From positions 1-26,041 of the forward strand of contig JBDRJQ010000033.1 in assembly GCA_043814765.1 (NCBI GenBank): DNA of 26,041 bases, written 5' to 3'. Source of the stretch: Nanobdellota archaeon. Its GTDB lineage: Archaea > Aenigmatarchaeota > Aenigmatarchaeia > QMZP01. A program made the position numbers and the translations under genes. The notes below the pieces were generated by a model that saw nothing but the letters and a program-made list of their open reading frames with translations, ran no database searches and was not told the origin of the DNA. The number at the start of each line of letters is the position of its first letter. The stretch's first letter is position 1. Positions 25,058 through 26,041 of this stretch are shown one piece after another.

Positions 25058-26041
25058 ATGCAGGCAGTAATACTAGCAGCAGGGAAGTCAACTAGAACTT
25101 ATCCATTAACATTGAACAGGCCAAAAGCTTTATTACCAATTGCAAACAAGCCACTACTTCAGTACGGTCTGGAAGAGCTGAAAGGGATAGCAACAGAGAT
25201 AATAATTATTGTCGGCTTTGAAAAGGAACAGATAATGAAGCAATTCGGAAAAAGTTTCAACACTGTTCCTATAAAATATGTTGAGCAAAAAGAGCAGCTT
25301 GGAACAGCTCATGCTCTTATGCAGGCAAAGGATTTGCTAAAGGATCGCTTCATTGTAATGAATGGGGATGATATTTATTCTTGCAATGACATGAATGGCT
25401 GCATAAAAAAGTTTGATGAACATGATGCTTGTGTTCTAGCTCAGCCTGTTGATGAACCAGAAAGATTTGGTGTTTATGTTACAGAGAATGGTCTCGTAAA
25501 AGAAATCGTGGAAAAACCTAAAAATTTTGTTTCAAATCTTGCTAATGCTGGTTTTTATGTTTTTGATAAAAAAGCTCTTAATGTTAAGGTTGAACGTTCT
25601 CCAAGGGGCGAATATGAAATAGTTGATATAGTGAGAAGCTTAGCTGGCACAGGAAAAGTTCGTTGTGAAACAGTTAAAGATTACTGGATACCTGTCGGTT
25701 ATCCATGGAGTTTACTTGACGCTAATGCCCATATTCTAAAGAGCATTGAGAATGATATAAAGGGAGAAGTTGAACCAAATGCAACAATAAAAGGCAAAGT
25801 GAAAATAGGAAAAGGAACCCTAGTAAAAAACGGAGCTTACATAGAAGGCCCTGTTGTTATCGGTGAAAACTGTACAATAGGACCTAATTGTTTCATAAGA
25901 GGAAGCACAAGCATAGGAAACAACTGCAGAGTTGGAAATGGTGTTGAGATAAAAAATTCCATAATAATGAACAAATCTTATGTTAATCACCTGTCTTACA
26001 TAGGAGATTCTATTATTGGAAACAACGTAAACATCGGTGCA
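25058..26041 (+). CDS. glmU: Bifunctional sugar-1-phosphate nucleotidylyltransferase/acetyltransferase (archaeal GlmU), 3' end outside window
   Basis: Not in the ORF track. MQAVILAAGKSTRTYPLTLNRPKALLPIANKPLL, EQLGTAHA, MNGDD, EKP, SPRGEYEI and GYPWSLL motifs, then hexapeptide repeats. Confidence 0.92.
   Translation, partial: MQAVILAAGKSTRTYPLTLNRPKALLPIANKPLLQYGLEELKGIATEIIIIVGFEKEQIMKQFGKSFNTVPIKYVEQKEQLGTAHALMQAKDLLKDRFIVMNGDDIYSCNDMNGCIKKFDEHDACVLAQPVDEPERFGVYVTENGLVKEIVEKPKNFVSNLANAGFYVFDKKALNVKVERSPRGEYEIVDIVRSLAGTGKVRCETVKDYWIPVGYPWSLLDANAHILKSIENDIKGEVEPNATIKGKVKIGKGTLVKNGAYIEGPVVIGENCTIGPNCFIRGSTSIGNNCRVGNGVEIKNSIIMNKSYVNHLSYIGDSIIGNNVNIGA

Overview
Archaeal genomic DNA, most consistent with a DPANN lineage (possibly Aenigmarchaeota; this is inference from gene content and style). 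The core genes are gatE, gatD, a rpp21-rps19e-PDCD5-rpl39e-rpl31e cluster, a membrane-anchored winged-helix protein, an S-layer protein, and divergent glmS-glmU. The left end carries a partial Asp-box/BNR-repeat protein, a B12-binding radical SAM enzyme and several secreted orphans. The most unusual part is the ~9 kb between gatE and gatD. It holds three 147-aa Lrp/AsnC paralogues, each divergent from unrelated cargo: a 982-aa repeat lipoprotein, a membrane protein-vWA-LemA operon, and a tiny ORF. The first two cargo units share a frame: a short upstream ORF in a structured leader at the 5' end, and at the 3' end a hairpin beside the same 13-bp motif CTTTAAGTTGACA, placed 4 nt after the convergent gene's stop codon. 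Two other oddities stand out: a 60-nt self-complementary in-frame insertion in glmS, and a GatE that appears to lack its AspRS-like insertion domain. I saw no tRNA/rRNA, CRISPR array, integrase, transposase or reverse transcriptase.
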